Origin: Chiloscyllium plagiosum
Lineage: Eukaryota
Length of the DNA: 64,000 bases
Direction of reading: 5' to 3'
Assembly (NCBI RefSeq): GCF_004010195.1
Contig: NC_057718.1
Coordinates: 59,755,622-59,819,621, forward strand
Part shown: positions 25,834-38,450 of the stretch, in pieces
Layout of the letters: each line of letters opens with the position of its first letter
Position numbering within the stretch: position 1 is the first letter of the stretch
Program-made: the position numbers and the translations under genes
The notes under the pieces: generated by a model
Databases searched by the model: none
Told to the model about the DNA's origin: nothing
What the model saw: the letters and a program-made list of their open reading frames with translations, nothing else

Positions 25834-26519
25834 AATGGTCACCTTATAGATTTCAAAGTAGAAACTGGGACATGGGCACAGATAGTGAGCCAATGTTGTG
25901 AGGATATTGTCCATAGCTGACAACGATGCAACTACCATGGTCCAGGTGGCATAGCACTAATGTTGCTATGAATAGTTCTCTGATAGGGAAACATTGAATA
26001 GTAAAACAAAACTTATGTGCACTTTCTAATCAAAATTTCTCAATTTTGATAAAGAGGGATATCTTCACCTCATTCTAATCCAAAAGGTGGAATAGGGTAA
26101 ACAGCAGAAGATAAGGAGCTCCACTGACTACCCTAATTTTTTTAAAGGCTTCCAGAAGCTGAGTACTGAGCAAAACATTACACTGAAGAAATAAACTAAA
26201 TCTTTCTGTCCATATGTACCCAGGAAGATACTGCATCCCTTAATGAAGTAAACTGAGAAACAAAATCAGAAATGATAAAAATTGGCATTGTTTCTCTAGT
26301 GATGAAACCAAGCAAAGGATGCTTGGATATGGTTACTTTGCCGAAACCTAACGGTACTGTTTGAACTTCCGTTGACCTTGTACAATTTGACCATGCATAA
26401 ACCAAGAACATTAACCAATGTCACATTGTGTGCCTGATCAAATTCAGACAAAAAGGTTGTATAAAATATGTTAATTATTAGTAGCACTAAAGCATGGTAT
26501 AAAATAGAAGAGAACTAGA

Positions 26520-28465
26520 TCTCTGCACATTTTGGTGGGGCAGGACAGTGTTGGGTTGAGGGTAGTGAGGACCAGGAGGAAATTGTTAATCAGTTAATCC
26601 ATAATGAAGCTGTAGGCTGTTTATTTAAACCTGCCTTAAAAGTTTGGACTGCTCTTTTTGCCAAACCACTGGATGATGGATGGCATAGAGCTCCTTATAT
26701 GTTGAATACCATTTGACTTTAGGAAATACTCAAATTCCCTGCAGTAAATGATGGTCCGTTATCTGTGACCAACACTTCACAGAATCCGTGTATTGCAAAA
26801 GATGCGCGCAGTTCTTCTATCATCGTCTCCTTGTTTGACGAATGAATTCTATGCACGTCCAGCCACTTTGAGTGGATATCCACAATGACTAAGAACAAGG
26901 AGCCCAATGTCACATTGTGTGCCTGATCAAATCAGGATCTGCATTGTCGACATTTAATTGGGTCTGGGAAATTTAGGGGAGCTGCTAGCGGTAAGTTTTG
27001 TCCTTGTTGGCACTCTGGGCACTGCACCAACAATATGGTTATATCTGCATCCAATCCTGGCCAACAGATACATCTTCATTTTGGAAACCCCTGGAAGATC
27101 CTGGAGGAATTCAGCCAGTATCTTGTGGTGACCTTTGTTCAGGACAGTCACTCTTGCTCCCCATAATAAAATGCCATCGTCTACTGTGATCTGGTCTCTC
27201 TGGGTCCAAAAAGGTTTCAATTCCAGTTGTGACAGCCCTTTGGTTTCCCCATGACTCCAAGCTGTTTCTGTTTTACCGGGACTGGATCTTTCTGTGTCCA
27301 AAGTTTGATATTGTCAGCTGTGACGGAAGTGTGTCCAGAAATTTTAAAACCATTGTGGACTCTTCCAGTGGTGGTACCACCAGTGGTGTATCTGCAAATG
27401 GGAAACCCCTTAATGCATCCGCATTTGCTATTTGGTTTCCTGGATGACGGTCCAACTTATTATTATACACACTTAATATTAGAGCCCACTGTTGAATTCA
27501 TCCTGGAGCTATGGGTGGCACTGCCTTGTCCTCTTTAAGTAGAGTCAGCAGAGATTTATGGGCTATTATTATTACAAATGTACATCTATAAAGGTATTGG
27601 TGGAACTTCCTGACTCCAAATATGATTGCCAAATCTTTCTTCTCTATCTGGGCATATTTATGCTCTGCATTAGCCAAAGTCATGAACGTGTACACTCTTA
27701 GGTGTTCCTCTCCATTCAGTCACCTATGAACTAATATTACCCCATATGGGGAGGCATCTCGTGTCAATACCACATCATTTTTAGGATCATATTGTCCAAC
27801 ACCTTAGAGGATGATAGCTGTTTCTTCACTTCCCTAAAAGCAATGGTTTGGCTACATGACTATTTTCAAGGCTGACCCTTTTATTAAGAGTTGGTGCAAA
27901 GGTGCCAGGTTGGAGGTAATGTTCTACGTACAATTTCTATAATAATTCATTCGCTCAAGGAAAGATCTACGCTCCAATACAGATCCAGGAGCCGGCGCAT
28001 CTTTGATTGCCCTGGCTTTATCTTCCAACAGGTGTAATCTGATCTTGTTGACTCTGTAGCACAAGTTACCACTTGGGACCACATGTTTTTCCCTTCTAAG
28101 GCATACACCAGTGTGGGAGAAACATCAAAGAAATATGTCCAAGTTCTCTAAGTGCTCTTTATTGGTCTTCCCTTGTTATTAGCAACTTATCTAGATAAAT
28201 GACTAGCTGGGATAGACCTTGTAAAATGTTCTCCATCATCCAATGAAAAATTGCACAAGCTGATGATTCCCCAAATAACAGTCTTGTATACTGGTGCAAG
28301 CACTTATGAGTATTAACTGTAGCATACATCTAGGGATCCTTGTCTAACAGCAATTACAAGTAAACTGGCTCATACCCAGCTTCGAGAAGCACAGCTGCCT
28401 CCTGCCAGCTTTAATACAAATTCTCTTTTTAAAGGATTGGCTATTTATCCCATTCTCATTGCTAA
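26520..28465 (-). mobile_element. Internally deleted Ty3/Gypsy element: PBS, RT, RNase H and integrase remnants
   Basis: YAQIEKKDLAIIFGVRKFHQYLY (RNase H, ORF 27498-27695); NADALR; DGILLWGARV; LVIVDIHSKW..FAIHG..LVTDNGPSFT (integrase, ORF 26719-26913). Decayed PBS 'tagcaatgag' (cf. tggcgacgag) adjacent to the LTR. Confidence 0.9.
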
Positions 28466-28701
28466 TGAAATAACTCCACAGAAGCCAGTAACCTGTCACC
28501 ACGTCACCCTTTATTTAGACATGGAGAGCCCTTGTCACTGATCCAGCTCCCTCAGAGCCAGCACTCAGACTGAATAGGATGTCTGACATGCCTGTTTGTA
28601 TCTGCCAGCTCGGGCTCCCTGATTGGGGTTGTTAATGTGATCCAATCAGGGAACTCTTATCCTTTGAGTTCCATCTAGCCGATCTCATTGTTATCACTAC
28701 A
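28466..28701 (-). repeat. 5' LTR of the Gypsy element at 26520-28465
   Basis: The minus strand begins TGTAG.., ends ..TTTCA, contains AATAAA, and is immediately followed by the PBS-like sequence. Confidence 0.7.
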
Positions 28702-28704
28702 CTG

Positions 28705-29650
28705 GGCATGTTCTGACATGATGGTCGATACATGATTGCACACTGACTGCACATTTGTGGAGTGTTTGTAATTGCTGTCCATCGTCCTGCTCGAAGGAAT
28801 CATGTGGGTGCAGTAGATGGCAACCTGTATCACTGGGAATTTTGGCTGTCTATTCCTTCTGGTTGTCTCTTGTAAGAGATAATACTGTGAAGTTCCATTG
28901 TCTTGTTACAAGACTTCTATCTGTTTCCTGAAATAGTGGCGAACACCAACTGTGGAATGTTGACTGTCACCCACTTCTGCGTAGAAATTGAGCTATTGTG
29001 AACCTGATAACCACTGGCTGTACTCACCTTGCTTACTGTGAATAGGTCCCTTTGAATGAGGTGGCATGTTTCATAGGACACATTAGAAAGATAGGAATAG
29101 CTTTCGGCTGTTGAGTCTATTTTGCCATTCAATGAAATTGGGCTAATTTGTGATCATGCACCCACCTTTGCATAGTTCCAAACTACCACCATTTTTGTGA
29201 AGGTATAACTCTAGTTTTTAAACCATGCCATTCAGTCCCTGACTTCCAAGCCAGCAGAAATATATTCCCTTTCTCTATGAAAACTTCAATAAAATGACCC
29301 TAAGCCATCTACATTCCAGGGAATAAAAATCTAGTCTTTGGAATCTCTCCTTGTAACTTAACCCATGAAATCCATGTATCGTTCTAGTAAATCTATCCTG
29401 CATTTCCTGCAAGGCTATTGTATAATTTCAACTGCTCACATTATTCCCATGGTGTAGTTAACCAGGACACTGGTTAATTCAGTGATCATCTCCTTCCTGA
29501 ATTGTAGGCTGTTTAGGCATTGCTCTTGGTTGCTGTGGATGTCGAAATGCTCCCTGAAATCCATTCGTGAATGCTTCTTTTGAGAGCCCTCTTCCAGTTT
29601 CTCTCTGCTGTCTATGCTCTGCTGTCACATGCCCCAAAGAGGAGCTACGA
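28705..29650 (-). pseudogene. PIF/Harbinger (HARBI1-like) DDE transposase relic, N-terminal half, with a CR1 fragment at about 29135-29460
   Basis: Manual translation: DFREHFDIHSNQEQCLNSLQFRKEMITEL (29470-29570); CHLIQRDL; KFPVIQVAIYCTHM (cf. FPxVQGAIDCTH); HSTNVQSVCNH (cf. HSxNVQxVCD). Confidence 0.7.
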
Positions 29651-30929
29651 TTACAGGCCTCATAAAATTCTTTTTCCCTGAGCAGAGACACCCAATGACT
29701 TCCCTGGCCTTTAACTGATTGTTTAAGAATTTTGTTCAGAATGAGATACAAGTTTATTGTGATTTAAGTATAATAACAGCATATGACCACATTTGTAAAT
29801 TTTGACTCTGATAATGTAATTTGATTGTGATAACAAGGTTAAACTATAGCTCGAAACATTGACAAACCATTGAGATTTGATTCTAACAACTAGTTTCAGT
29901 GCTGTATTTGTTATGCCGAGCTATAATGTATTCAATTTGATTATTCGGAGTAGCATCAAATCAGGGTGGTGGTATTAAATTGGTGGCACAAAATTGAAAG
30001 ATTTATTGAGCTGATGTAATTGCTGGAATGTTGGAATGTTCTAACCTTCACAAATCTCCTTTAAGGCACTTCAGAATAATTTTAAGCATTTGAGAATTCA
30101 AGTGCATATTATAACTAAAACTCAAAGAATGGCTCACTTCCACAGCTACGTTAACTTATTTTTGATGCAACAAATTGAATTTGCTGTTTCGAGGTTAAAA
30201 GTATATTTGTTGTTAAAAACTGGGGTATTCTGTTTTAACAGCATTAGTCTTGATATGTCTAGGCTCACCTTAGAATCTGGTAAGGATCTCTGCAATACCT
30301 GACATTAACACAGTTAATCACCAAATAGTTGAAAAGGAGAAAAAAGAAAGTTGCTTTATTCTCTGCCCCCTTGTCAGAGTGGTCTACTGATGTAAATGAC
30401 AGCCATAAAAACTAAATATAGAGAAATGCTTGAGCTATTAACTCACAACTTATTTATTTTAGCAATAAGTAGAAGATCCTCTCATTATAACAAGCATGTT
30501 TGGACAGTATCTCAGACAATGTTCAAACATTGAATGACTGGTAATTCCTTATAAAATAAACAAATTGCGTATCGTGATGGAGCTTGACTATGAAGGGAAA
30601 GATCCTTTTCTTTACACTGGGCTGAGGTTTCACATTTGAATTGAAAGAATGATGGTTACCATCTGTCAATGGCTTGGGTGATTTATCTCAAATGATCATG
30701 TACTTCTCAGTTCATTATCTATGCAAGCGAGAAGTTGCGTGAGTTACTCGGAGAGTTGTGTGTCAAGTGAGTCTGAAAATTTTGCCACTGCTGGCAGCTT
30801 CTGCATTCGAAGGCTCTGATATCATATTGAAAAGACAAGGAGGTCATCCCCTTCACTTCAAGTCAGGAAATGCCCATCAGCTTACAGTGAACACCAATTG
30901 CAATTGAACAATTGTTCTGACAACGGCCA

Positions 30930-31960
30930 AACTGGCCCACAGATCTACCCTCCCACCCCAGGCCCGACCGGACAGGATCATGAAGAGACAGCAGTCCTCT
31001 TTCTCAAGGATCACAGCAGAAAGTCAACTCACCAGAGTCATCAAGCCCTGAGTACACATTGCAGCACAAATCAGTGCTGTGCCCCTCAGTGGAAAAGGAT
31101 GGGCTACAGTGCCACAACAAGGTCCAAGATTAGCTGTGCTCCACAACGGTATGTGTCACCATCTTCTCTCTTCAACTTCACATTCACCGGACCATTGCTT
31201 TCAGTAATTCTCTCCCTGAACTGGCACCTCAAGAAGAATGGTAGCCCACAATCCTCAGTGTCATATGCAACACGTCTACTCAAGAGCTCTCATGCACCTC
31301 ATGGTCTTGTTACTAATTCTACCTGCTCACTTCTAACATACTTACCATCTCCTCGTTATGCAAAATTACAAATTGCTCCTGCATCCATTTCCATCATCTT
31401 CAAACCTTCTCTTTATCTCATTACAGGAAATCTGGCTCACAATTGGTCTGAGAGTGCCAAAATTGGTAATGGAGTGCTGCAGATGGGGAGACAGCAATAA
31501 TCCATCAACCCAGTAAGCAGCATAGGGATCTGCACTTCTCAAATGAACAGCAGTATTAACACTTTGCTCTACATTAGCTTATCTCAATCTTTAACAACAA
31601 ATGATCTATCTTGTCTTTTACAGGCATTAACAGGAGGAAGACTGTAAACCCTTCGGAGATGCACCAGCATGGCATTTGGCTGCACCATCCACCAGCACAA
31701 ACTAATCACATTGGTAGGTACACTCAAGGGCAATCTGTTGAGAATCTCACTGACATATCTCCACAGCGGGTGGAAGAAGAAATGGCCAAAGTTACTGGTA
31801 TCCAGAGGACCGCCTCAGACCAGGCATTATTTCATCCTCATGCAGAAGATAGGACTTTGGTATTTGCTCATAAGGGACATTCTCAATCAATAGAGGCAGA
31901 TGGAAGAACATCAAGCAGGAGTACCAGAGACCCCTTGGCTAGGCTGCTCAAATAGTAGAG
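30930..31960 (+). pseudogene. Harbinger Myb/SANT-like partner gene relic with recognisable introns
   Basis: AVLFLKDHSRK..HIAAQISAV..QCHNKVQD*LCSTT then donor gtatgt (31149). Acceptor ttacag (31426) then NLAHNWSESAKIGNGV (cf. EKxAHNxRERxxTGGG). A second acceptor ttttacag lies at about 31623. Confidence 0.65.
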
Positions 31961-32298
31961 GAATCCTTCTGTCTTCGTATTACTGTGAGCATGAGAGTGC
32001 TTGGATGCTTGGTGGGAAAGGATGGAGATCTCTTGGGGGCCGATGTCTAGCACAACATTTGGGCACGGTCAGGGATGGGCTCAGACCTGTACTCTATCGC
32101 TCTAGCTATGGAGCATCAGCATTAATGGCAAGGCGCAAGGGAGATGAGTGACCTTGACCTCACTCTAGGTACCCTTCCTCTCAAAGAGATAGGGTGATAC
32201 CAGCAGGCACTCACAGGGAGGAGGAGTGACAGACAGGCACTCCAGCAGTTTCTTCACAGGGCATGACAGAAATGCCAAGCTCCTCCCCCTCGCTGCAT

Positions 32299-32590
32299 GC
32301 TGTGACCTCAAGGCCTGTGATAGTACAGGATTTGACCCCACGCCCTGTGGTGGTTCAGGCCGTGACTACAAGGCATGCAGTAGTTTAGGCTGTGACTAAG
32401 AGGCCTGTGGTGGTTCAGGCTGTGACCCCAAGGCCTGTGGTTGTTCAGACTGTGATCTCGAGGCCTATGGTGGTTCAGGCTGTGATCTTGAGGCCTGTGG
32501 TGGTTCAGGCTGTGACCCCAAGGCCTGTGGTTGTTCAGACTGTGATCTCGAGGCCTACGGTAGTTCAGGCTGTGATCCTGAGGCCTGTGG
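32299..32590. repeat. 30-bp minisatellite, about 9.5 copies, with a 90-bp higher-order duplication
   Basis: Unit aggcctgtggtggttcaggctgtgacccca in phase from 32311. 32401-32490 is nearly identical to 32491-32580. Confidence 0.97.
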
Positions 32591-32852
32591 GTTCTGGACA
32601 ACATCCCAATTGGAATTCCGAATGTTTGATTATGAGATACCACAGAAGTTCTGTGCCTTTATCATATTAGCTGCTGGCAAAGAAATGAAGGGAAGCTGTA
32701 CCCTTGAGGACTACCAGCATAACATTTTCATTGGACTACTAGGCTTATGAGAGCAGGTCCTCTTCCATCAGTTGACATAGGTGTGTCACAATAGCTTGGC
32801 ATACCTGCCACTAAGACCATAGGTGTGGTTCAGCTCTGCATCTGTTTGGTGG

Positions 32853-33474
32853 TGTGATGATACTACATTTTATCCTGCATTTGTTTTTAATGAAGAGATG
32901 TTTAGATAGAGGTCCTAAATGGTCTGTTCCAAACCAATAAAGTAAACAGCTTGTGAAACCTTAGGGTTTTTTTTAAAGTTGGAACAATAGAAGGACCTTC
33001 AAGGTCCTGCAGAAGCAGAATTTTTGATTTTAATTAGTTCTTGGGATTTGAAGTTGCTGTACATCTTTCCCTTCTGTGCCAAAACTCTTGAATTCTCTCT
33101 TTTTCTCACAGCTTTCTTTTGATGTTTTTTCTTCCTGACATTTCATGTGAGACAATCTATTTTACTGAATTTGCCTTTGCCAAGAGTGTGTTTATGGAAC
33201 GTTATTATCTTAGAACAGTTGCTGTTTAGTAGTTAAATAAACTTCTATTTTGTCAAGTTTTCTAAAAGAATTGTTATTCCAATTCTTCTTTCCTTCATAG
33301 TATTTTAACTATTGTCTAAGAATAAAATGTGTTTTGCTTCAAGCCTGGTAGGTTGACCAATCGCATTGCATCCGGAGCACAATGCCTCACATTTGCCTTT
33401 AAAAATAATAAGAAGTTAGGCTCTAGGCTATCTTCTTAATATATTTTGATGGAGGTTTATTCTGGTCCATAACT
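32853..33474 (+). mobile_element. Solo LTR (622 bp)
   Basis: Starts TGTGATG and ends CATAAC(T), a decayed TG..CA with short inverted termini. Internal AATAAA at about 33321. 4-bp TSD GTGG at 32849-32852 and 33475-33478. Confidence 0.7.
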
Positions 33475-34584
33475 GTGGATGGTGTCCTATTGCTTCTCGC
33501 CCTGGAGGCAAAGAGTCAACTAATGGTGGCTGTTGTTCTTGCTGAGTCAGTAAAACAGCTTTCCTCTGCTGCTGCCTGTTCCTTTATCTGAAAGGGCAGC
33601 TGCATCACCCGGAGAGAAGCTGCATCAGCCTTGTCCAGTCTCTGTTTGCAGATCTGTGAAAAAAAGTCACACATGGTGTAGGGACATCTGAGCCCTGATA
33701 TCCTTTGTGATGAAGTTAAACATTATGCGCTTACAGAATGCACTGTTATGCCTGTGTAACAGAAATACTGTACTACATTGATAAAGAAGTCAACACGCTG
33801 TCTCCTTTACTCACATAACGTTGGCCAGCAATTTCTCCATTTGCCCTGAGCATGAAGCAGCTATTTAGTGTATTTCCTGCGAATGTCTCTCTCCCCCTCC
33901 CACCACATACTTTGATCTCTCTGGTCAAGTCATAGGAAGTTTACTGTTGTTTGACAACTGAAACATGGAGGCTTCATACTCTTATGAGAGTGTGCCTTGG
34001 CCAATTGAGGAGATGAGGCTGTGATGACAGGTGCCAACATTGAGCATTATTGAGCTCATAGGTCACAAGTTGCCAATCAGTGGGCACAATGTACTCCTAA
34101 TGAGTGCTTCTTGAGTTAATGTTTGGATTGGATAATTTTAAAAATATTGACTTTCAGATTAACTGTGATATAAAAACAGATGGCTAGCATTATTTAACGA
34201 TCTGCATAATGATGAGTGCAATAGCCCCTTAGAATGACCTGCATTCCAGTCGCACAACTCCTCCACCTTTTGATAAAAACTGTAATTATTCCTCTTACTT
34301 TGTCAGTGATTCATTCCAGTTTTAGAATTTATTGCGTAGTTGATTTTTCAAGCAATATAGTGAGGTTCTTATGAATAATTTGAAGGTGCCAGCTATGCCT
34401 CTCAGTTTATCCCCATTCTTCATGTTCCATTTTCCCTTCCTTTGACTGTTCACCCTCTCTTTGTTTCAGCTGAGCCCCTTTACATTACAATTAATGTGTC
34501 CTCTTAACCCCCAAGCCCATGGCTCTTGTGATATCTTTGCCCTTGCTGGCATTGTACAATTCTCATATCAAGGGCCAAGTGACT

Positions 34585-35275
34585 TAAGACCACAAAACAT
34601 CGGAATGGAAGTAAGACCATTCAGCCACCATTTAATCATGGCTAATGGGCATTTCAACTCCACTTACCAGCACTCTTCCTGTAGCCCTTAATTCCTTGCA
34701 AAATCAAAAATTTATCAATCTCTACCTTGAAGACATTTAATGTCCCGGCCTCCACTGCACTCCGTAACAATGAATTCCACAGGCCCGCCACTCTCTGGCT
34801 GAAAAAATATCTCCTCATTTCCGTTCTAAATTGACCCCCCCCCAATTCTAATGCTGTGTCCATGGGTCCTAGTCTCCTCGCCTAACAGAAACAACTTTCC
34901 AGCGTCCATCCTTTCTAAGCCATGTATTATCTTGTAAGCTTCTATTAGATCTCCCCTCAACCTTCTAAACTCTAATGAATACAACCCCAGGATCCTCAGC
35001 CGTTCATCGTTTGTTAGGCCTACCATTCCAGGGATCGTCCGTGTGAATCTCCGCTGGACACTCTCCAGTGCCAGTATGTCCTTCCTGAGGTGTGGGGCCC
35101 AAAATTGGACACAGTATTCTAAATGGGGCCTAACTAGAGCTTTATAAAGTATCAGAAGCACATTGCTGCTTTGAAGTTCCAACCCTCTTGAGATAAATGA
35201 CAACATTACATTCGCTTTCTTAATCTAGCACTCCCAGATCCATTTGTACTTCCAATTTATGAACTTTCTCATGGT
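34585..35275 (-). mobile_element. CR1-type LINE 3' portion
   Basis: ORF 34826-35206 [37 protein letters not shown] and ORF 34654-34863 FFSQRVAGLWNSL. Confidence 0.95.
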
Positions 35276-35404
35276 TTAGAAATTAGTCCATGTCTGTATT
35301 CTTTTTCCCAACAAAGTGCAAAACTTGCTTTCAGACACCCTTCCTCCACCTTCAAGACTGCAGTTCCATTTGATACACTACCAGGTTCCATCCTGCTATT
35401 TACA

Positions 35405-36055
35405 AAGAACAAAGGAAGTACAGCACAGAAACAGGTCCTTCTTCCCACATGAGACATTTCTAAATTAGAAACCTTTTCACACTACATCTTCCATATCTCT
35501 CTATTCCCTGCCTATTCATGTATTTGTCAAGATACCTCTTAAATGTTGCTATTGTATCTACTTGTACCACTTCCCTTGGCAGCACATTCCAGGCACTTAC
35601 CACTATGTGTATAAAATAACTTGCCTCTCACATTTCAAATCATGTCCTTAAGAATCTTCTCCAATAATTTCCGTAATACTGACGTAAGGTTCACTGGATT
35701 GTAACTTTCAGCGTTATCCCTGTTGTACTTCTTAAACAAAGGAATACCATTGGCTGTTCTCTACTGCTCTAGGGTCTTTCCTGTGACTAAAGAGGATACA
35801 AAGATTTTGTACAAGGCCTATCAATTTCCTCCCTCACTTCCTTCAGCATTCTCGATAGATCCCATCAGATCCTGGGGACTTGTCTACCTCATTTTTTCAA
35901 AATACTCAGCACCTCCTCCTTTTTAACACTGACATGCCTTAGAATATCAACAGCCTCTCTCTAGACTCACCATCCACCATCTTCTTCTTCTCCTTTGTGA
36001 ATACTGATGCAAAGTATCCATTAGGAAACACTTCCTTCAGCTCCACACATAAATT
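35405..36055 (-). mobile_element. CR1-type LINE fragments (3' end and internal ORF2 piece)
   Basis: Similarity to 38451-38700 and to the YRPVSLTS / SPGPDG regions on the minus strand. Confidence 0.7.
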
Positions 36056-36399
36056 GGCTAGTAGGTCTCTGACAATTCACTCAGCGATGGAACCCATTTA
36101 AACCCATCTCTAGATTTGAGCTGCCTGCAGTATCAATAATACCATGGACTCACCTATTGAAAAGACCTTTCACTTATGTATGACTGCTCACCATGACTAA
36201 TCATGTCCCAACTCCTGAAGTGATTTTGCAGAACAATCTTTATTGAGTGCTATCCACTCTGAACTGATTTTTCGACCAAATTCTGATTGACTGACAAACA
36301 CGATCCTGACTGCTTTGATTTGACCATGGTCCCATCTCCAGACTGGAAAGGCATGGATGTCTACATTTGCATTGGACTGACTGTAGCCAACCCCCTGGA

Positions 36400-36800
36400 C
36401 TAGAGATCACCAGTTTCTGGACTGACTGTGAAGGTACCTCCTGACACAATTTGAGTTCTCCCTTCTTGCAATAATCACTCGTCCTCTTTAACTTTCTCAC
36501 CTCACCATTCTCAGCGCGTTTGCTGCGTAAGCTGCTGCCTCTCTGATATTGTTGCAATATCGCAGCACACATGAAAATTTCCAGTCCCTTTCACTTCTTT
36601 GTGGAACCACGAGCTGCCTGTTCCTCACTGCTCACTAAACAGATAATGGATAACTGAGCCTGCCACCCCCCCTACAAACAAGCTGATGTTCTGAGGCTAG
36701 TGCATGTTGGTATTGCCCAGTTGTCTGGATTGAAGGTGCAGGGAGATGATTACTGCTCACCTTGGAGATACCTGGTACAGTTGAAGCAGTTCCAAAGTTG
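36400..36800 (-). pseudogene. Possible HARBI1-like transposase C-terminal relic
   Basis: Minus strand 'catgtgtgctgcgatattgcaacaatatcagagagg' resembles the VCCxLHN..QRG end of HARBI1-like transposases. Very decayed. Confidence 0.35.
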
Positions 36801-37764
36801 AGGAAAAGAAGATGGTTGGCACAGTCACTTGATACTGAGAAGCCAACTCAAAAGATACCAGCTTTTGTTTTCACTTTTTAGTTTTGAAGCATTGGGCTTC
36901 TTGACTGGGAGGTTAATCACAAGTGGGAAATTAATAAGATGCAAAAGTAGCTAATGGGCTTCTAGCCACCTGATGGTAAGAATTTAAAGAAGGGAGAGCT
37001 CAAATGGGAGTACCCGACGTGTTTACAGCCAGAAAACTACCTTGTAGTGTATTCACTGTTGTAATGTAAGACCGCAATTCATAAAGTTATAGTAATGCAT
37101 GTTGTATACCGAAATCCTTTGCTTGCTTCAAAGAAATCTGATCTGCATCCCTTTCCTTCTTCACTGTATTCTAAGGAAAATGGATAAATTGACTTAACTC
37201 CTATTAAATACTCAGTTGCCTAATTTGGAAATAACACTTTTGAAATGATAGGATTTTCTTTAAAGTGAACAGCTTTGCTCGATGCATGAATGTGTAAGAC
37301 ACCGTGGCATTAGTCACTTAAAGACTAGGCTGGACTTCCCCAGGCCTTGAACGAAATGGGCTATGGTGAGAAAGTTTGGAAAATCATGTGAAAGGTAAAG
37401 TGATGCTTATCTTGATGGTGAAAGTTGTAAGTGGCATTTGCCAACTCAGGGCTAAGTCTTATTCTATTTGAGAAAGTGTTATTTTTGTTGAGTTTCATTG
37501 TGGTTTCTCTCTACAAGCTCCAGTTGTTTTCTCATGCAATCACCCCAAACTGACCTCACTAACTCCCTATCAGCTACTTATAGTGCCTCTCTCATTTCAT
37601 GTGAAACCATATCTACCATTCTCCATAGCCAGAAGTACACACCATTGCTGGGATATTCCAGATTTCCATATGCCGGTATCTCCTTTAAAACATCTTAGTG
37701 CAGCACACGGTGAATAATTGTCAGCCTGGTACAGTCCTACATGGTTCATGAAGTTAGCCCTGTG

Positions 37765-38400
37765 CATGGCAGATTTGAGGAAATTGGTGCCTCTCTTTGC
37801 ACATATACACCTGGAGGTCTTTGTGTACGGGGTGATCAAGAGGATACACATCTTCTTCCCACAGGACTGGCAGAGGTGCCACCAACACCACATTTTGCCA
37901 GTCTAGTCTGAGGTTGCCACCCTTGGTCAGTGCAGTCTCAGCTGTCTGGAGGAATTCCATGGCAATGTAGGAAGACCTCCCCTCTGCCAGGGTAAGGGCT
38001 ACCATCCTCTAACTGCTACCTCACATTCACTGTATTGCTCACACATTCCATCAAGGCTCTGATGTAGACCATGAGAAACCACTAAAGTAAGAAATACCTT
38101 CCTCCACTCTATCTGGCCAACCCAATTAGCCCATTCCATGAATGAAGCTTGACATCCACCCTGCCTGCTCACTCATTCAGGACACCTCACCACCCTTCCC
38201 TTCCATTTATGAACACTAAAAGCTATGTCACCTACTTTAGTCATACCCAATCTCTCCCTTTCTCTCATTCCAAGAGAAAACAACCCACAATAAGTCAGAA
38301 AGAGCCAAGATGGGTTGTGGAGCTCCCAATATTTGACTCCTTATGCCCTATGAGGGGAATATCCCTGACCCTGTTCCCCAAGAGTAACTGAATAACTATG
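37765..38400 (+). pseudogene. Harbinger Myb/SANT-like partner gene relic (2 exons)
   Basis: MADLRKLVPLFAHIHLEVFVYGVIKRIHIFFPQDWQR..LPV*SEVATLVSAVSAVWRN then donor gtaagg at 37992. Acceptor at about 38274, then KTTHNKSERAKMGCGAPNI*LLMPYE. Confidence 0.72.
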
Positions 38401-38450
38401 TCCAAGCCATTCAACTGATATCATAGGCTACTCTTGACATACTGTGCTAG

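Larger units (their letters stand above)
23800..26400 (+). mobile_element. Decayed Ty3/Gypsy gag-pro-RT(N-terminal) remnant, interrupted by a SINE, a PLE palindrome and a CR1 3' end
   Basis: Manual translation: RARLNRRI..GES..IHDLY; FIRDRIVGGIANESWSDLL*LEEDLT (gag, about 24880); FKGFQKL..ITLKK..PRKILHPLM; VMKPSKGCLDMVTLPKPNGTV*TSVDLVQFD (RT start, about 26300-26395). Confidence 0.7.

Noticed and set aside
30898..31500. 200-aa ORF, the longest in the window
   Set aside because: Chance read-through of a frameshifted Myb/SANT relic and its intron.
32311..32590. Regular 30-bp periodicity, possibly CRISPR-like or a repetitive protein
   Set aside because: No unique spacers, eukaryotic context and no cas genes; it is a simple minisatellite.
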